Shown here: positions 40,701 through 50,310 of the stretch, one piece after another
How the letters are laid out: every line of letters begins with the position of its first letter
Position numbering within the stretch: position 1 is the stretch's first letter
NCBI GenBank assembly: GCA_041917215.1
Contig: JAYRYC010000001.1
Span: 905,605-969,604, forward strand
Reading direction: 5' to 3'
Source: Tagaea sp.
Lineage (GTDB): Bacteria; Pseudomonadota; Alphaproteobacteria; CACIAM-22H2
Length of the DNA stretch: 64,000 nt
The notes under the pieces: model-generated
The model's database searches: none
What the model was told of the DNA's origin: nothing
The model's input: the letters and a program-made list of their open reading frames with translations, nothing else
Translations under genes and position numbers: made by a program

Positions 40701-43081
40701 CGCATCGCCTGGACGAACGCCTGCGCGCCTCGGGCGATACGGTGCGCTCGATTTCGCAGATCGCGGATGCGGATATGCAAGGTGTGGTGCGCCGCCTCGA
40801 CGCGTCGGCCGAAGCCTTGGCGCGCGACAGCCACGAAGTGGCGCATGCGGTCGACCGCGCGTCGGAACGCATGCTGGCGTCGTCGGACGTCGCCAAGCGC
40901 GAAAACGCGGCGCTGGTCGTCGCGTCGGACGCCGCCGCGCAGCATGTGCGCGAGGCGGGGGCGAATTTCCGCCAGGAAACGCAAAGCCTCGTCCACGCCG
41001 CCAATCAGGGCTTGGATCGCGCCAATCTTTTGGAAACCGCGATCGCGCAGCGCACGGCGGAAACCAACGCCGCCGCCGACCGCACGCTCGCGCGGTTGGA
41101 CGAGGCGGGGCTCGCCTTGCGCCAGCGCGGGGCCGATCTCGACGAGACCGCGACCGAATCGGTCAAGGCGATCGCCAATGCGGGCGATGCGCTGCGCCGG
41201 GAGACAAGCGAGCTGCTCGCGACCGGTCAATCCGCGTCTTCGCGCATCAACGACGTGGCGGCGTTGCTCGATCAGCGTTCGGGTGAGCTGGCGTCCATCG
41301 CCGCGACGGCGGCGCAGAAGCTGAAGGAATCGTCGGACTCGCTGCGCGCGCGCTCGGGCGAACTCGACCAGTCCGCCGATCGCGCGGCTTTGCGCGTGGG
41401 CGCGATCGACGCCGGTTTGCGCGACCAGTCGCTGACGCTGCTCAAGACGATGGAAACCGCCTCGGGCCGGGCGGGCGAACTCGGCGCGCAATTGGAAACG
41501 CAGGCCGCGTCGGTCGGCCGCGCGTCGGACGATGCGGCGGCGCGCCTGCGCGCGACCGCCGATGCGTTCCGCGACCGCGCGGTCGAAATGGGGAACGTCG
41601 CCGATATCGCGACCGGCAAGGTCGCCGATACGGGCGCGGAGGCCGAGCGCCGCTTGCAGGCTTTGGCGACCCATGCGGTCGAAACCGCCGGGCGTCTGGA
41701 GGAAAGCGGCGAGACGTTCCGTCAGCGTCTGGCCGATCTCAACCGCGCGGCCGGTTCGGTCGGCACGTTGATGGCCGAAGCGAGCGAGACCTTCCGCCAG
41801 CGCACCGGCGATCTGCAGATCGCGGTCGATCAGGCCAATACGCGCGTCGCGTCGGTGGGCCAAGCCTTGCGCGAGCGCACCGTCGATCTGGGCGGGGCGG
41901 CGGACGCGGCCGAAGCGCGCCTCTCGATGGTCGCGGAAATCCTGCGCGCCAATGCTTCCACGCTCGCCGACACGGCCGACCGTTCGTCGACCAAGCTCGA
42001 TGCGCTGGGCGAAGCGCTCGTGCGCCGGGCCGCCGAACTCTCGGCGATGTCGGATGGTACGGCCGCGCGCATGGCGACGGTCGATTCCGAACTCGCCAAG
42101 CAGCGCGCGACGCTGGCAGAGACGATCGAAAATCTCGGCAAGCGGTCGAGCGAACTGGGTGCGATCCTGCGCGGTCAGGCCGATCACCTCAACGGCGTCG
42201 TCGCCGAAGCGGGCGAGCGTCTGTCCGAAGTCGGCGCGCAATTCGATCGCCAAGCCCGCGAAGCGGCCGACGCCGCGACGGTGGCGAGCCAGCGCATCGG
42301 CCAGACGGGCGAAAGCTTGCGCCGTCGTGCCGACGAATTGTCGGGGGCGGCCCAGGAAGGCGGGACGCGCCTCGAAGCGACCGCCGACAGTTTCCGCCGC
42401 CGGGCGGAGGAAGTCATGGCCGCCGTCGGCCAAGCCGCGGCGCGCATCGCCTCGGTCGGCGAAAGCTTCGCGCGCCAGTCGCGCGAACTCGGCGTGGCGA
42501 TGGACGCGGCCGAACGGCGCATCGCCGAGGCCGAACGTCTTCTGTCGGTCCAGACCGACGCGCTCGACGCCGCCGCCGACAAGGCGACGGGCGAAGCCAA
42601 CGCCGCGACCGAGGCCTTCCGCCGCCAAGCGGAAGACCTCGCCGCCGCCTCGGCCGCCGCGAACGAAGCGCAAGCGCGCCTCACCGCCAGCGAATTCGAA
42701 GCCAAGCGCGGCCGCTTCCTGCGCGCCTCGCGTCTGGTCGTCGAAGGTCTCAACTCGCTGTCGATCGACCTCGCGCGCACGCTGGATTCGTCCGTCACCG
42801 ATCGCGTGTTGAAGGAATTCCTGGGCGGCGATCGCGGCGTGTTCGTGCGCCGCTTGCTGCGCCTCGATTGGGGCCCGACGGGCAAGACCGTGCAGCGTCG
42901 CTACGCCGAGGATCCGGATTTCCGCCGCTACGTGACCGATTATCTCACGCAATACGACCGCCTGATCGCGGACGCGCGCGAGGCCGATCCCGAAAACGTG
43001 CTGGTCTCGACCTTCCTGTCGGCTGACGTGGGCAAACTCTACATGACGCTCGCCTCGATCGTCGGCTGGAAGAAGAATTAG
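37742..43081 (+). CDS. giant (1779 aa) membrane-anchored coiled-coil protein built from ~190-aa internal repeats; TipN/PodJ-like polar landmark candidate
   Basis: N-terminal TM helices (AVWSVAVLWYAIAYIGLGAF, MPLLVLWFVLGY), then Ala/Arg/Glu/Asp-rich heptad-like sequence. Recurring units of the form (R/K)R.S.EL..AADQA..RVRA.GE.F...T..L, and a distinct C-terminal domain. A 4-nt gap separates it from the MCM gene. Confidence 0.7.
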   Translation: MSENDNNSGPGSQRLRVLSGAAEREQERLRAANDPAGPVYEPLAPAGKRTMAAALAASAVWSVAVLWYAIAYIGLGAFASMLPHELGAFVAGATMPLLVLWFVLGYRARGQDLVRHARALEVRLAELVYPADQADSKLQSIAVTLHDQARALTDASDAATRRLAEARQGLASQAGELTTVSDQAATRAMQVMAGLRRHAEGLERVTGLLTSRVQIVEAAVREQAEALSGASDRAMSQSREINATLREQVERLAATNEKTAANAGAIREALREQSQDLAETTERARSRAAEIRAILADQTGALVEATEKALDRAREVGDLLRRQAEAFVDATETAEGRASSASVEIGSAKRQAEAAGEALAEMADRLIETARDLAKQSDATQSTLRHQIEALADASGAAEGKIVAAGDLIRSRTEDVANASTRMSEVATTLGGETRAMQSTLERLTARTEASTESVRRQSHELATAADQAVVRVRAAGETFQTQSRELADAAGQALARVGAANAGFSEAARDLALAGEAVEAKAAAIGEDLRRHGSGLIESADTAGRTGIEAGQRLSREVESLLRTAGALSAEAQAAETLLQSENHALAEAAARAKATVDAAGAALRVRSEELDAVNRRVGESHATLETTAQRGQEALDRVASRIDASAEVARRRSDELVVAADQAAQRVRATSEGFRVHTQDMTHSAELSLARATELGETLKRRADEIDGATERTTQRMDTLAAALRDGAVALGDTASEVAHKLGNSGEAVRQRTEALERAADTALDRMGDAAAEIERKAKDLDATALSAQDRLNETAEALRARGAESENAVASAVRRLDAATQALADDAREVSAALDRTGARIEANSDAAKRETEQLGLAADQAGSRMRQAGETFRDQTLSLTRAAELGIERADAYADTLRLRTEELAAADRATGERLEALGETLAQRTQALSDAASETAQTLDRSGEAVRLKTAALDDTAANAQARLSAAAQDIDARARELESTSHRLDERLRASGDTVRSISQIADADMQGVVRRLDASAEALARDSHEVAHAVDRASERMLASSDVAKRENAALVVASDAAAQHVREAGANFRQETQSLVHAANQGLDRANLLETAIAQRTAETNAAADRTLARLDEAGLALRQRGADLDETATESVKAIANAGDALRRETSELLATGQSASSRINDVAALLDQRSGELASIAATAAQKLKESSDSLRARSGELDQSADRAALRVGAIDAGLRDQSLTLLKTMETASGRAGELGAQLETQAASVGRASDDAAARLRATADAFRDRAVEMGNVADIATGKVADTGAEAERRLQALATHAVETAGRLEESGETFRQRLADLNRAAGSVGTLMAEASETFRQRTGDLQIAVDQANTRVASVGQALRERTVDLGGAADAAEARLSMVAEILRANASTLADTADRSSTKLDALGEALVRRAAELSAMSDGTAARMATVDSELAKQRATLAETIENLGKRSSELGAILRGQADHLNGVVAEAGERLSEVGAQFDRQAREAADAATVASQRIGQTGESLRRRADELSGAAQEGGTRLEATADSFRRRAEEVMAAVGQAAARIASVGESFARQSRELGVAMDAAERRIAEAERLLSVQTDALDAAADKATGEANAATEAFRRQAEDLAAASAAANEAQARLTASEFEAKRGRFLRASRLVVEGLNSLSIDLARTLDSSVTDRVLKEFLGGDRGVFVRRLLRLDWGPTGKTVQRRYAEDPDFRRYVTDYLTQYDRLIADAREADPENVLVSTFLSADVGKLYMTLASIVGWKKN

Positions 43082-43082
43082 C

Positions 43083-43177
43083 CGTCACCCCGGACAAGCC
43101 GACGCGTCAGCGGCGGCGCGATCCGGGGTCTTGTCGAGATCCCGGCTCTCGCTGACGCTCGGCCGGGATGACGGTTT
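43083..43177. repeat. REP-like complex palindromic element, copy 1 (outer arms CCGTCAyCCCGG/CCGGGATGACGG, inner CGTCAGCG/CGCTGACG)
   Basis: Shares a 36-37-nt identical core with the element at 49224..49305, in inverted orientation. Lies between convergent gene ends. Confidence 0.65.
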
Positions 43178-43188
43178 GGGGGGAGGCG

Positions 43189-43719
43189 CTAAACCGCGCC
43201 CTTGAGTTTGGCGAGCGCCCAGATCGCCAGCGTCTCGGCGTCGTCCACGCGGCCGTCGGTCATCATGCGCTCGAACTCCGCGAGGGGTACACGCGCATGG
43301 ACCATGTCGGACTCGGTCGCTTCGCGCGCAGGGGCACCTTGCGTGAGGTCCGTCGCGAGATAGACATGCATCGCTTGGCGCAGGAAGCCGTTGGCGATGG
43401 CGAGCGTGCCGAGGAACTTCCAGGTTTTGGCGGTGAGGCCCGTTTCCTCGGCGAGCTCGCGCCGGGCGAGCGTTTCGGGGTCGAGGTCTTCGGCCTCCCA
43501 CGAGCCTTGCGGCAATTCCCAGGCGCGTTTTGAGGTCGCGTAGCGATACTGCTCGACCAGATGGATATGCCCCTCGTCGATCGCGACGATGCCGATGCAA
43601 TCCTTCTTCTCGGCGACGCCATAGATGCCGAGCGACCCGTCCGGAAACCGGACTTGGTCCTCGCGCACGGTCATCCAGCGGTTTTCGTAGACGACCCGCG
43701 TATCGAGACGGCGTATCAA
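43189..43719 (-). CDS. NUDIX hydrolase (ADP-ribose pyrophosphatase-like)
   Basis: Nudix box GSWEAEDLDPETLARRELAEETGL. 176 aa. Confidence 0.8.
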   Translation of the reverse strand: MIRRLDTRVVYENRWMTVREDQVRFPDGSLGIYGVAEKKDCIGIVAIDEGHIHLVEQYRYATSKRAWELPQGSWEAEDLDPETLARRELAEETGLTAKTWKFLGTLAIANGFLRQAMHVYLATDLTQGAPAREATESDMVHARVPLAEFERMMTDGRVDDAETLAIWALAKLKGAV

Positions 43720-43723
43720 GCGA

Positions 43724-46432
43724 CTACGAACGCCCGTGGCAGTGCTTGAATTTCTTGCCCGAACCGCAGGGGCAATTGGCGTTGCGCGGCACGTTGGCCC
43801 AGGTCGACGGATCGGTCGGGTCGATGCCGCGCTTGCGCGCCGCTTGGGTGGGCGAGGCGGCGTCGCGCGCTTCCATGCCTTCGGGCAGCGGATGCTGGGC
43901 GAGCAGCTTGCCCATCTCCGGATCCTCCGGCATCAGATCGGAGGCCGGGGGCGCGTCGATGCGGATCTGCACACGGGCGAGCAGCGTCGTCACGCGCTCG
44001 CGCAATTCGGCGAGCATCGCTTCGAACAGCTCGAACGCTTCCTTCTTGTACTCGTTCAGCGGATCGCGCTGCGCGTAGGCGCGCAGATTGATGCCCTGGC
44101 GCAGATGGTCGAGCGTGAGCAGGTGTTCCTTCCACGCGTGGTCGAGTTCCTGCAACAGCAGGCTCTTCTCGACCTGGCGCATGATCTCGGGGCCCGTCTC
44201 GGCGGTCTTCGACGCCATCTTGCGCTCGACGGCGTCGGCGATGCGCTCGCGGATTTCCTCCTCCGCGATGCCTTCTTCCTTCGCCCAATCCGCGACCGGC
44301 AAATCCATGCCGTAAAGGCGCAGGATTTCCTCGTGCAGCGCCGAAGTGTCCCATTGCTCGGGATAGGCATTGTGCGGAATGCAGCGCGCGATCAGCACGT
44401 CCAGCGTTTCGCGGCGCATATCCTGGATCTGCCCGGACACGTCGTCCTGGCGCATGATGTCGCGGCGCTGCTCGTAGACGACCTTGCGCTGGTCGTTCAT
44501 CACGTCGTCGTATTTCAGCAATTGCTTGCGGATTTCGAAGTTGCGCGCTTCGACCTTCTGCTGCGCCTTTTCCAGCGCCTTGTTGATCCAAACATGGACG
44601 ATCGCTTCGCCTTCCTTGAGGCCGAGCTTCTGCAACATGCCGTCCATGCGCTGCGAGCCGAAAATGCGCATCAGATCGTCGTCGAGCGACAGGAAGAACT
44701 TCGAAGCGCCCGGATCGCCCTGACGGCCCGAACGGCCGCGCAGCTGGTTGTCGATGCGCCGGCTTTCGTGGCGCTCGGTGCCGACGACGTAAAGACCGCC
44801 GGCGGCGAGCGCCGTCTTCTTCATTTCCTCGATTTCGGCGCGGATCGCGGCGGCGCGTGCGTCGAATTCCGGTCCCGGCGGCACGCCGGCCAGCTCGGCT
44901 TTCACGCGCATGTCGTAATTGCCGCCGAGCTGAATGTCGGTGCCGCGGCCGGCCATGTTGGTGGCGATGGTGACGGCGCCCGGGCGGCCGGCTTGCGAGA
45001 CGATCAGCGCTTCCTGCTCGTGATAGCGCGCGTTCAGCACCGCGTGCTGGATGCCGCGCTTCTTGAATTCCTCGGACAGCGCTTCCGATTTTTCGATCGA
45101 CACGGTGCCGACCAGCACGGGCTGGCCGCGCTTGCGGCAATCCTCGACCAGATCGGTGATCGCTTTGGCCTTCTCGCGCGCGGTCCGGTAGACCTCGTCG
45201 TCGTGGTCCTTGCGCTGGACGCCGACATTGGTCGGGATCTCGACGACTTCCAGCTTGTAGATCTCGGCGAATTCCGGCGCCTCGGTCATCGCCGTGCCCG
45301 TCATGCCGCCCAGCTTCGGGTACATGCGGAAGTAATTCTGGAAGGTGATCGAGGCGAGCGTCTGGTTCTCGCGCTGGACCTGGACCTTTTCCTTCGCTTC
45401 CAGCGCCTGATGCAGGCCTTCGGAATAGCGACGGCCTTCCATCATGCGGCCGGTAAACTCGTCGATGATGACGACTTTGCCTTCCTTGACGATGTAGTCG
45501 ACGTCGCGCGTGAACAGCTTATGCGCGCGCAAGGCCTGGTTGGCGTGATGGACGAGGTTGACGTTGGCGAGCTCGTACATCCCGCCTTCCTTCAGCAGGC
45601 CGGAATCGCGCAGCAATTGTTCGATCTTTTCCGCACCCGCTTCGGTCAAAGCGACGGTGCGCTGCTTCTCGTCCTTCTCGAAATCGGCGGCGTCGAGGGA
45701 CGGGATCAGCTTGTCGACGGCGATGTAAAGCTCGGAGGAATCATCGGCGGGGCCCGAAATGATCAAGGGCGTGCGCGCTTCGTCGATCAGGATCGAGTCG
45801 ACTTCGTCGACGATCGCGAAATGGAACGGCCGCTGGACCATATGCGCGAGATGGAACTTCATGTTGTCGCGCAAGTAATCGAAGCCGAATTCGTTGTTCG
45901 TGCCGTAGGTCACGTCGGCGGCGTAGGCGGCACGGCGCTCGTCGTCGGTCAGGCCGTGGATGATCGTGCCGGTGGTGAGGCCGAGGAAGCCGTAGACCCG
46001 GCCCATCCATTCGGCGTCGCGCTTGGCGAGGTAGTCGTTGACGGTGACGACATGCACGCCCTTGCCTTCCAGGGCGTTGAGATAAACCGCGAGCGTGGCG
46101 ACCAGCGTCTTGCCTTCGCCGGTCTTCATTTCCGCGATGCGGCCCTGATGCAGCACCATGCCGCCGAGCAGCTGCACGTCGAAATGGCGCTGGCCCAGCA
46201 CGCGCTTGGCGGCTTCGCGCACGGTGGCGAAGGCGTCGGGCAGGATGTCGTCGGTCGTTTCGCCCTTCGCCAGCCGATCCTTGAGCCACGGGGTGCGGGC
46301 TTTGAGGTCGTCGTCGCTGAGGGCGGCGATTTCCGCTTCCTTGGCGTTGATCGCGGCGACGGTCTTGGCGAAGCCTTTAAGGACGCGGTCGTTGGAAGAC
46401 CCGAAAAGCGCGCGGGCGATAGCGCCGAACAT
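43724..46432 (-). CDS. secA: preprotein translocase subunit SecA
   Basis: 902 aa. [16 protein letters not shown]..., a DEAD-like motor, and a C-terminal zinc motif [14 protein letters not shown]. Confidence 0.97.
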   Translation of the reverse strand: MFGAIARALFGSSNDRVLKGFAKTVAAINAKEAEIAALSDDDLKARTPWLKDRLAKGETTDDILPDAFATVREAAKRVLGQRHFDVQLLGGMVLHQGRIAEMKTGEGKTLVATLAVYLNALEGKGVHVVTVNDYLAKRDAEWMGRVYGFLGLTTGTIIHGLTDDERRAAYAADVTYGTNNEFGFDYLRDNMKFHLAHMVQRPFHFAIVDEVDSILIDEARTPLIISGPADDSSELYIAVDKLIPSLDAADFEKDEKQRTVALTEAGAEKIEQLLRDSGLLKEGGMYELANVNLVHHANQALRAHKLFTRDVDYIVKEGKVVIIDEFTGRMMEGRRYSEGLHQALEAKEKVQVQRENQTLASITFQNYFRMYPKLGGMTGTAMTEAPEFAEIYKLEVVEIPTNVGVQRKDHDDEVYRTAREKAKAITDLVEDCRKRGQPVLVGTVSIEKSEALSEEFKKRGIQHAVLNARYHEQEALIVSQAGRPGAVTIATNMAGRGTDIQLGGNYDMRVKAELAGVPPGPEFDARAAAIRAEIEEMKKTALAAGGLYVVGTERHESRRIDNQLRGRSGRQGDPGASKFFLSLDDDLMRIFGSQRMDGMLQKLGLKEGEAIVHVWINKALEKAQQKVEARNFEIRKQLLKYDDVMNDQRKVVYEQRRDIMRQDDVSGQIQDMRRETLDVLIARCIPHNAYPEQWDTSALHEEILRLYGMDLPVADWAKEEGIAEEEIRERIADAVERKMASKTAETGPEIMRQVEKSLLLQELDHAWKEHLLTLDHLRQGINLRAYAQRDPLNEYKKEAFELFEAMLAELRERVTTLLARVQIRIDAPPASDLMPEDPEMGKLLAQHPLPEGMEARDAASPTQAARKRGIDPTDPSTWANVPRNANCPCGSGKKFKHCHGRS

Positions 46433-46635
46433 GCGGAAAGTCCTTGGAAATCTGTAGCGCCGCGAAATCGCCGGCGGCGGACCGGACCCGGAGAGATAGG
46501 CCTATCGCCGCGCCCTGTCAACGCGACCCGAACCCCCGGATATCGCACGGGTTTCGCCTTGTTCGGGCCCTAATGGCGTGCCACTCTCCCGGCCGGATTT
46601 CGGGGCGATCGGCGCCCCAGGAAGGAACCCGCAAT

Positions 46636-47511
46636 ATGCGTGCGATTTTCGGGGCCGCTTTGGCCCTGCTTGTGACGGCCGCCCCCCTGGCCGCACAGAA
46701 TTCCCCCCTGCCGGCCCCGGCCGGCGAAGACACGATCGTCGCGCGCGTCGACGGCCAGCCGATCCGCCGCTCGGACGTGCTGGCGTTCCAGCGCTCGCTG
46801 CCCGCCCAGTTCCAACAAGTGCCGATCGAAGCGCTGCTGGAGCCGATCGTCGAACGCCTCGTGTCGCAAAAGCTTCTCGTGGCCGATGGCCGCAAGAAGA
46901 ACCTGCAGACCGACGCCGAAGTGCGCCAGCGTTTGACGCAGTTCGAGGATCGCGTGATCCAGGAAGTGCTGCTCAACCGCGTGCTGGCCGACAAGGTCAA
47001 CGACGCGGCGTTGCGCACGCGCTACGCGGCCTATCAGAAGGAAAATCCGGGCAAGGAGGAAGTGCGCGCGAGCCATATCCTCGTGAACTCGGAAGCCCAG
47101 GCGAAGGAAATCCTGACCGCGCTGAAGGGCGGGGCGGATTTCGGCAAGCTCGCGAGCGAAAAGTCGATCGACCCCGCGGGCAAATCCTCGGGCGGCGATC
47201 TCGGCTATTTCGGCAAGGACGAAATGGTGCCCGAATTCGCCGAAGCCGCGTTCGGCATGAAGCCGGGCGACACGTCGGTCAACCCGGTCAAAACGCAATT
47301 CGGCTGGCACGTGATCCGCGTGGCCGACCGCCGCACGGTCGCCGAAAGCTTCGAGGAAGTGCGCGAACGCCTGTCCTCGGAAATGTCGCAGGAGATCATG
47401 CAGAGCTACGTCGAAGGCTTGCGCAAGACGGCGAAGGTCGAATTGTTCGGCCTCGACGGCAAGCCGCTGCCCGCCGCCCCGACCGGCCCGACCATCACGC
47501 CCGCCAAGTAA
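46636..47511 (+). CDS. parvulin-type peptidyl-prolyl cis-trans isomerase (SurA/PrsA-like, periplasmic)
   Basis: Signal peptide, then a rotamase domain (ASHILVNSEAQAKEI...GGDLGYFGKDEMVPEFAEAAFGMKPGD..FGWHVI). Confidence 0.85.
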   Translation: MRAIFGAALALLVTAAPLAAQNSPLPAPAGEDTIVARVDGQPIRRSDVLAFQRSLPAQFQQVPIEALLEPIVERLVSQKLLVADGRKKNLQTDAEVRQRLTQFEDRVIQEVLLNRVLADKVNDAALRTRYAAYQKENPGKEEVRASHILVNSEAQAKEILTALKGGADFGKLASEKSIDPAGKSSGGDLGYFGKDEMVPEFAEAAFGMKPGDTSVNPVKTQFGWHVIRVADRRTVAESFEEVRERLSSEMSQEIMQSYVEGLRKTAKVELFGLDGKPLPAAPTGPTITPAK

Positions 47512-47530
47512 GAAAACGGAAACAAGACGA

Positions 47531-48763
47531 ATGGCCCACGCCGTTTCGCCGCTCGCCCCGACCTCGTTCCCCGATCTGCAAGCGATCGGCGGTGTGCGCA
47601 TCGCCGCCGGCCTTACGGGGATGCGCTACAAGAATCGCGACGACATCGTGATGTTCGCGTTCGACAAGGGCACGTCGGTCGCGGGCGTGTTCACCAGCAA
47701 CAAGATGCCGGGCATGCCCGTCGATTGGTGCCGGAAATACGTGGGCAAGGGCAAGGCGCGCGCCTTGGTCGTCAACGCGGGCAACGCCAACGTCTTCACC
47801 GGCAAGCAAGGGCGCGACGCCTGTGCCGCCACGGCGAAGGCGGCGGCGAAGGCGCTGGGCTGCAAGGCCGAAGAAGTGATGCTCGCCTCGACCGGCGTGA
47901 TCGGTTTGATCCCGCAGGCCGATCTTCTCGCCAAGGCGGTCGCCGATTTGGGCGGGCGTTTGGGCACGGCGGATTGGGGCCGCGCGGCGCGCGCGATCAT
48001 GACGACCGATACCTTCGCCAAGGCCGCGACGACGACCGCCAAGATCGGCGGCAAGAAAGTGCGGATCTCGGGCATCTGCAAAGGCTCGGGCATGATCATG
48101 CCGCAGATGGCGACGATGCTCGCCTTCGTCGCGACCGACGCTGCGATCGATCCGGCCGTCTTGCGCAAGCTGGTGCGCGAGGAAGCGGATACGAGCTTCA
48201 ACGCCGTGACGGTCGACGGCGATACGTCGACCTCCGACACGCTGCTCGCTTTTGCCACGGGTGCGGCCGGCAACAAGCCGGTGAAGAGCCTGACCAGCGC
48301 CGACGGCAAGGCGTTGCGCAAGGCCTTCGCATTGGTGCTGCAGGATCTCGCGATCCAAATCGCGCGCGACGGCGAGGGTGCGCAAAAGCTCGTCACCATC
48401 GACGTCGCCGGCGCGCAGTCGGACGCGGCGGCGCGGCGCATCGCCATGTCGATCGGCAATTCACCCTTGGTCAAAACCGCCCTGGCGGCGGGCGACGCCA
48501 ATTGGGGCCGCATCGTCATGGCCGTGGGCAAGGCGGGCGAGAAGGCGAATCGCGACAAGCTGTCGGTGTCGATCGGCGGCATCACCATCGCGCGCAAAGG
48601 CGGATTGGTGCCGGGTTATGACGAAACTCCGGTCGCCAAGCATCTTGCGGGGCGCGAAGTGTTTCTGAAGGTCGATCTCGGCCTCGGCAAAGGCAAGGCG
48701 CGCGCGTGGACCTGCGATCTGACCCACGCCTATATCGATATCAATGCCGATTACCGGTCCTGA
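47531..48763 (+). CDS. argJ: bifunctional glutamate N-acetyltransferase / amino-acid acetyltransferase
   Basis: 410 aa. MIMPQMATMLAFVATDA autoprocessing-site region (the ATML motif) typical of ArgJ. Confidence 0.92.
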   Translation: MAHAVSPLAPTSFPDLQAIGGVRIAAGLTGMRYKNRDDIVMFAFDKGTSVAGVFTSNKMPGMPVDWCRKYVGKGKARALVVNAGNANVFTGKQGRDACAATAKAAAKALGCKAEEVMLASTGVIGLIPQADLLAKAVADLGGRLGTADWGRAARAIMTTDTFAKAATTTAKIGGKKVRISGICKGSGMIMPQMATMLAFVATDAAIDPAVLRKLVREEADTSFNAVTVDGDTSTSDTLLAFATGAAGNKPVKSLTSADGKALRKAFALVLQDLAIQIARDGEGAQKLVTIDVAGAQSDAAARRIAMSIGNSPLVKTALAAGDANWGRIVMAVGKAGEKANRDKLSVSIGGITIARKGGLVPGYDETPVAKHLAGREVFLKVDLGLGKGKARAWTCDLTHAYIDINADYRS

Positions 48764-49217
48764 TTCCGAACCGGAAGGCTGCGACGATCCGAAGCTGTCG
48801 GCGCTGCTCGCGGCCCCGGCGCGCGTCGTCACGGTCGTCGCGGCGGCGCTGATCGACGCGGACGGGCGCGTGTTGCTCGCCCAGCGCCCGCCGGGCAAGG
48901 CGATGGCGGGGCTGTGGGAGTTTCCCGGCGGCAAGCTCGACCCGAACGAAACGCCCGAGGCGGCGCTGACGCGCGAGTTGCACGAAGAGCTCGGCATCGA
49001 TCTTCGGCCCGCGTGTTTGGCGCCGCTGACCTTCGCGTCGCATCGCTATCCCGATTTCCATTTGCTGATGCCGCTTTACGCCGCGCGCAATTGGAAGGGC
49101 ACGCCGCAACCCAAGGAAGGGCAGAAGCTCGCCTGGGTGCGGATCGAGAATTTCAAGGATTATCCGATGCCGCCCGCGGACATCCCGCTGGTGGCGATGC
49201 TGCGGGATTTGCTCTAA
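48744..49217 (+). CDS. mutT: NUDIX hydrolase, MutT-like (8-oxo-dGTP diphosphatase)
   Basis: Nudix box WEFPGGKLDPNETPEAALTRELHEELGI. The start is uncertain (20-nt overlap with argJ). Confidence 0.8.
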   Translation: MPITGPDSEPEGCDDPKLSALLAAPARVVTVVAAALIDADGRVLLAQRPPGKAMAGLWEFPGGKLDPNETPEAALTRELHEELGIDLRPACLAPLTFASHRYPDFHLLMPLYAARNWKGTPQPKEGQKLAWVRIENFKDYPMPPADIPLVAMLRDLL

Positions 49218-49223
49218 CCCCAT

Positions 49224-49305
49224 CGTCATCCCGGCCGAGCGTCAGCGAGAGCCGGGATCCCGGGTCGCGCCATCGCTGCCGCGATAGCTTGCCCGGGATG
49301 ACGGG
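49224..49305. repeat. REP-like palindromic element, copy 2 (arms CGTCATCCCGG ... CCGGGATGACG)
   Basis: 36-nt identity to the reverse complement of 43138..43174. Lies between convergent gene ends (mutT and the methyltransferase). Confidence 0.65.
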
Positions 49306-49310
49306 AAGGG

Positions 49311-50246
49311 TCAGCGCGGTTGCGCGCGATCGCCGGTTTTGACCTCGACCGCGTCCAGCGCTTGGGCGAGGCGCGTCGTCGCCGTGCCCGGCCGCAAGGG
49401 CTTGGGCTGGTTCGCGGCCGGCGCCCAGGCGGTCAGCGTCAGCATCTGGAAGGTCGCGGGCATGCGGCCCGTGCTTTCCTTGCCGAAGCGATCCTCGTAG
49501 ATCGCGGCGGCGCGCAAAATCGTCGAGCGGCGGGAGAAATCCTTGCGCCGTTCCACGACCGCGTTGCTTTCGCCCATGCCGCGCAGATCGCGCATCAGGT
49601 CGAGCGCGTTTTCGTATTCGACGGTGATCGTATCGCTATCGGCGACCGGCAATGCGAAGCCCGCGCGTTGCAGCAGTGCTGCCGCGTCGCGCAGATCGGC
49701 GAAGGGCGACACGCGCGGGCCCGCCCCGCCGGTTTCGGCAAGCTCGGCGTCGAGCAACGCTTGGCGCAGTTCGATCAGGGTCTCGCCGCCCAGCAGCGTC
49801 ACCAGGAACAAGCCATCGGGCTTCAACGCGCGCCGCGCCTGGATCAAGGCGCCGGGCAAATCGTTCGTCCAGTGCAGCGACAGGCACGAGACGACCAGAT
49901 CGAAACTGCCTTCGGCGAAGGGCAGGAATTCCTCGTCCGCCACCACGACCGCGCGATCGGCGTCGCCATCGCACGCGCGCGCGCGGGCCGCACGCATCAT
50001 CGCGCAGGAAAGGTCGCTATGGACGAGCAGCTCCACGCCCTTGCGTTGCGCGATCAACGGCGCGAGCACGCCGGTGCGCGCCCCCATATCCAGCACGCGC
50101 GGGAATGTGCGGTTTATGTCGTCGAGACGTTCGACCAAACGTTCGGCGGCTTCGCGGAACAGGAAATCGTGATCGGCGAAATGCCGCGCGGCGCGCTCGC
50201 GATGCGCGCGCACGGCTTTGCGGTCGAAAACGATCGGCGATCCCAT
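49311..50246 (-). CDS. class I SAM-dependent methyltransferase (type 11, BioC-like)
   Basis: SAM motif I VLDMGARTG and post-I DLS. 311 aa. Confidence 0.7.
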   Translation of the reverse strand: MGSPIVFDRKAVRAHRERAARHFADHDFLFREAAERLVERLDDINRTFPRVLDMGARTGVLAPLIAQRKGVELLVHSDLSCAMMRAARARACDGDADRAVVVADEEFLPFAEGSFDLVVSCLSLHWTNDLPGALIQARRALKPDGLFLVTLLGGETLIELRQALLDAELAETGGAGPRVSPFADLRDAAALLQRAGFALPVADSDTITVEYENALDLMRDLRGMGESNAVVERRKDFSRRSTILRAAAIYEDRFGKESTGRMPATFQMLTLTAWAPAANQPKPLRPGTATTRLAQALDAVEVKTGDRAQPR

Positions 50247-50310
50247 GACCGATTCCTAGCCCAACCCCCGCGCGCGCGGAAAGGGGGGATGTAAAGTTCC
50301 TCACATTGAC

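Noticed and set aside
35564-42952. Two ORFs of more than 1100 aa on the minus strand (35564..39121 and 39125..42952)
   Set aside because: Both are antisense to the methylmalonyl-CoA mutase and to the giant coiled-coil gene, and their products are Arg/Gly/Ala low-complexity GC-frame artefacts.
43736-46573. 945-aa plus-strand ORF
   Set aside because: It is antisense to secA, whose product is unmistakable.
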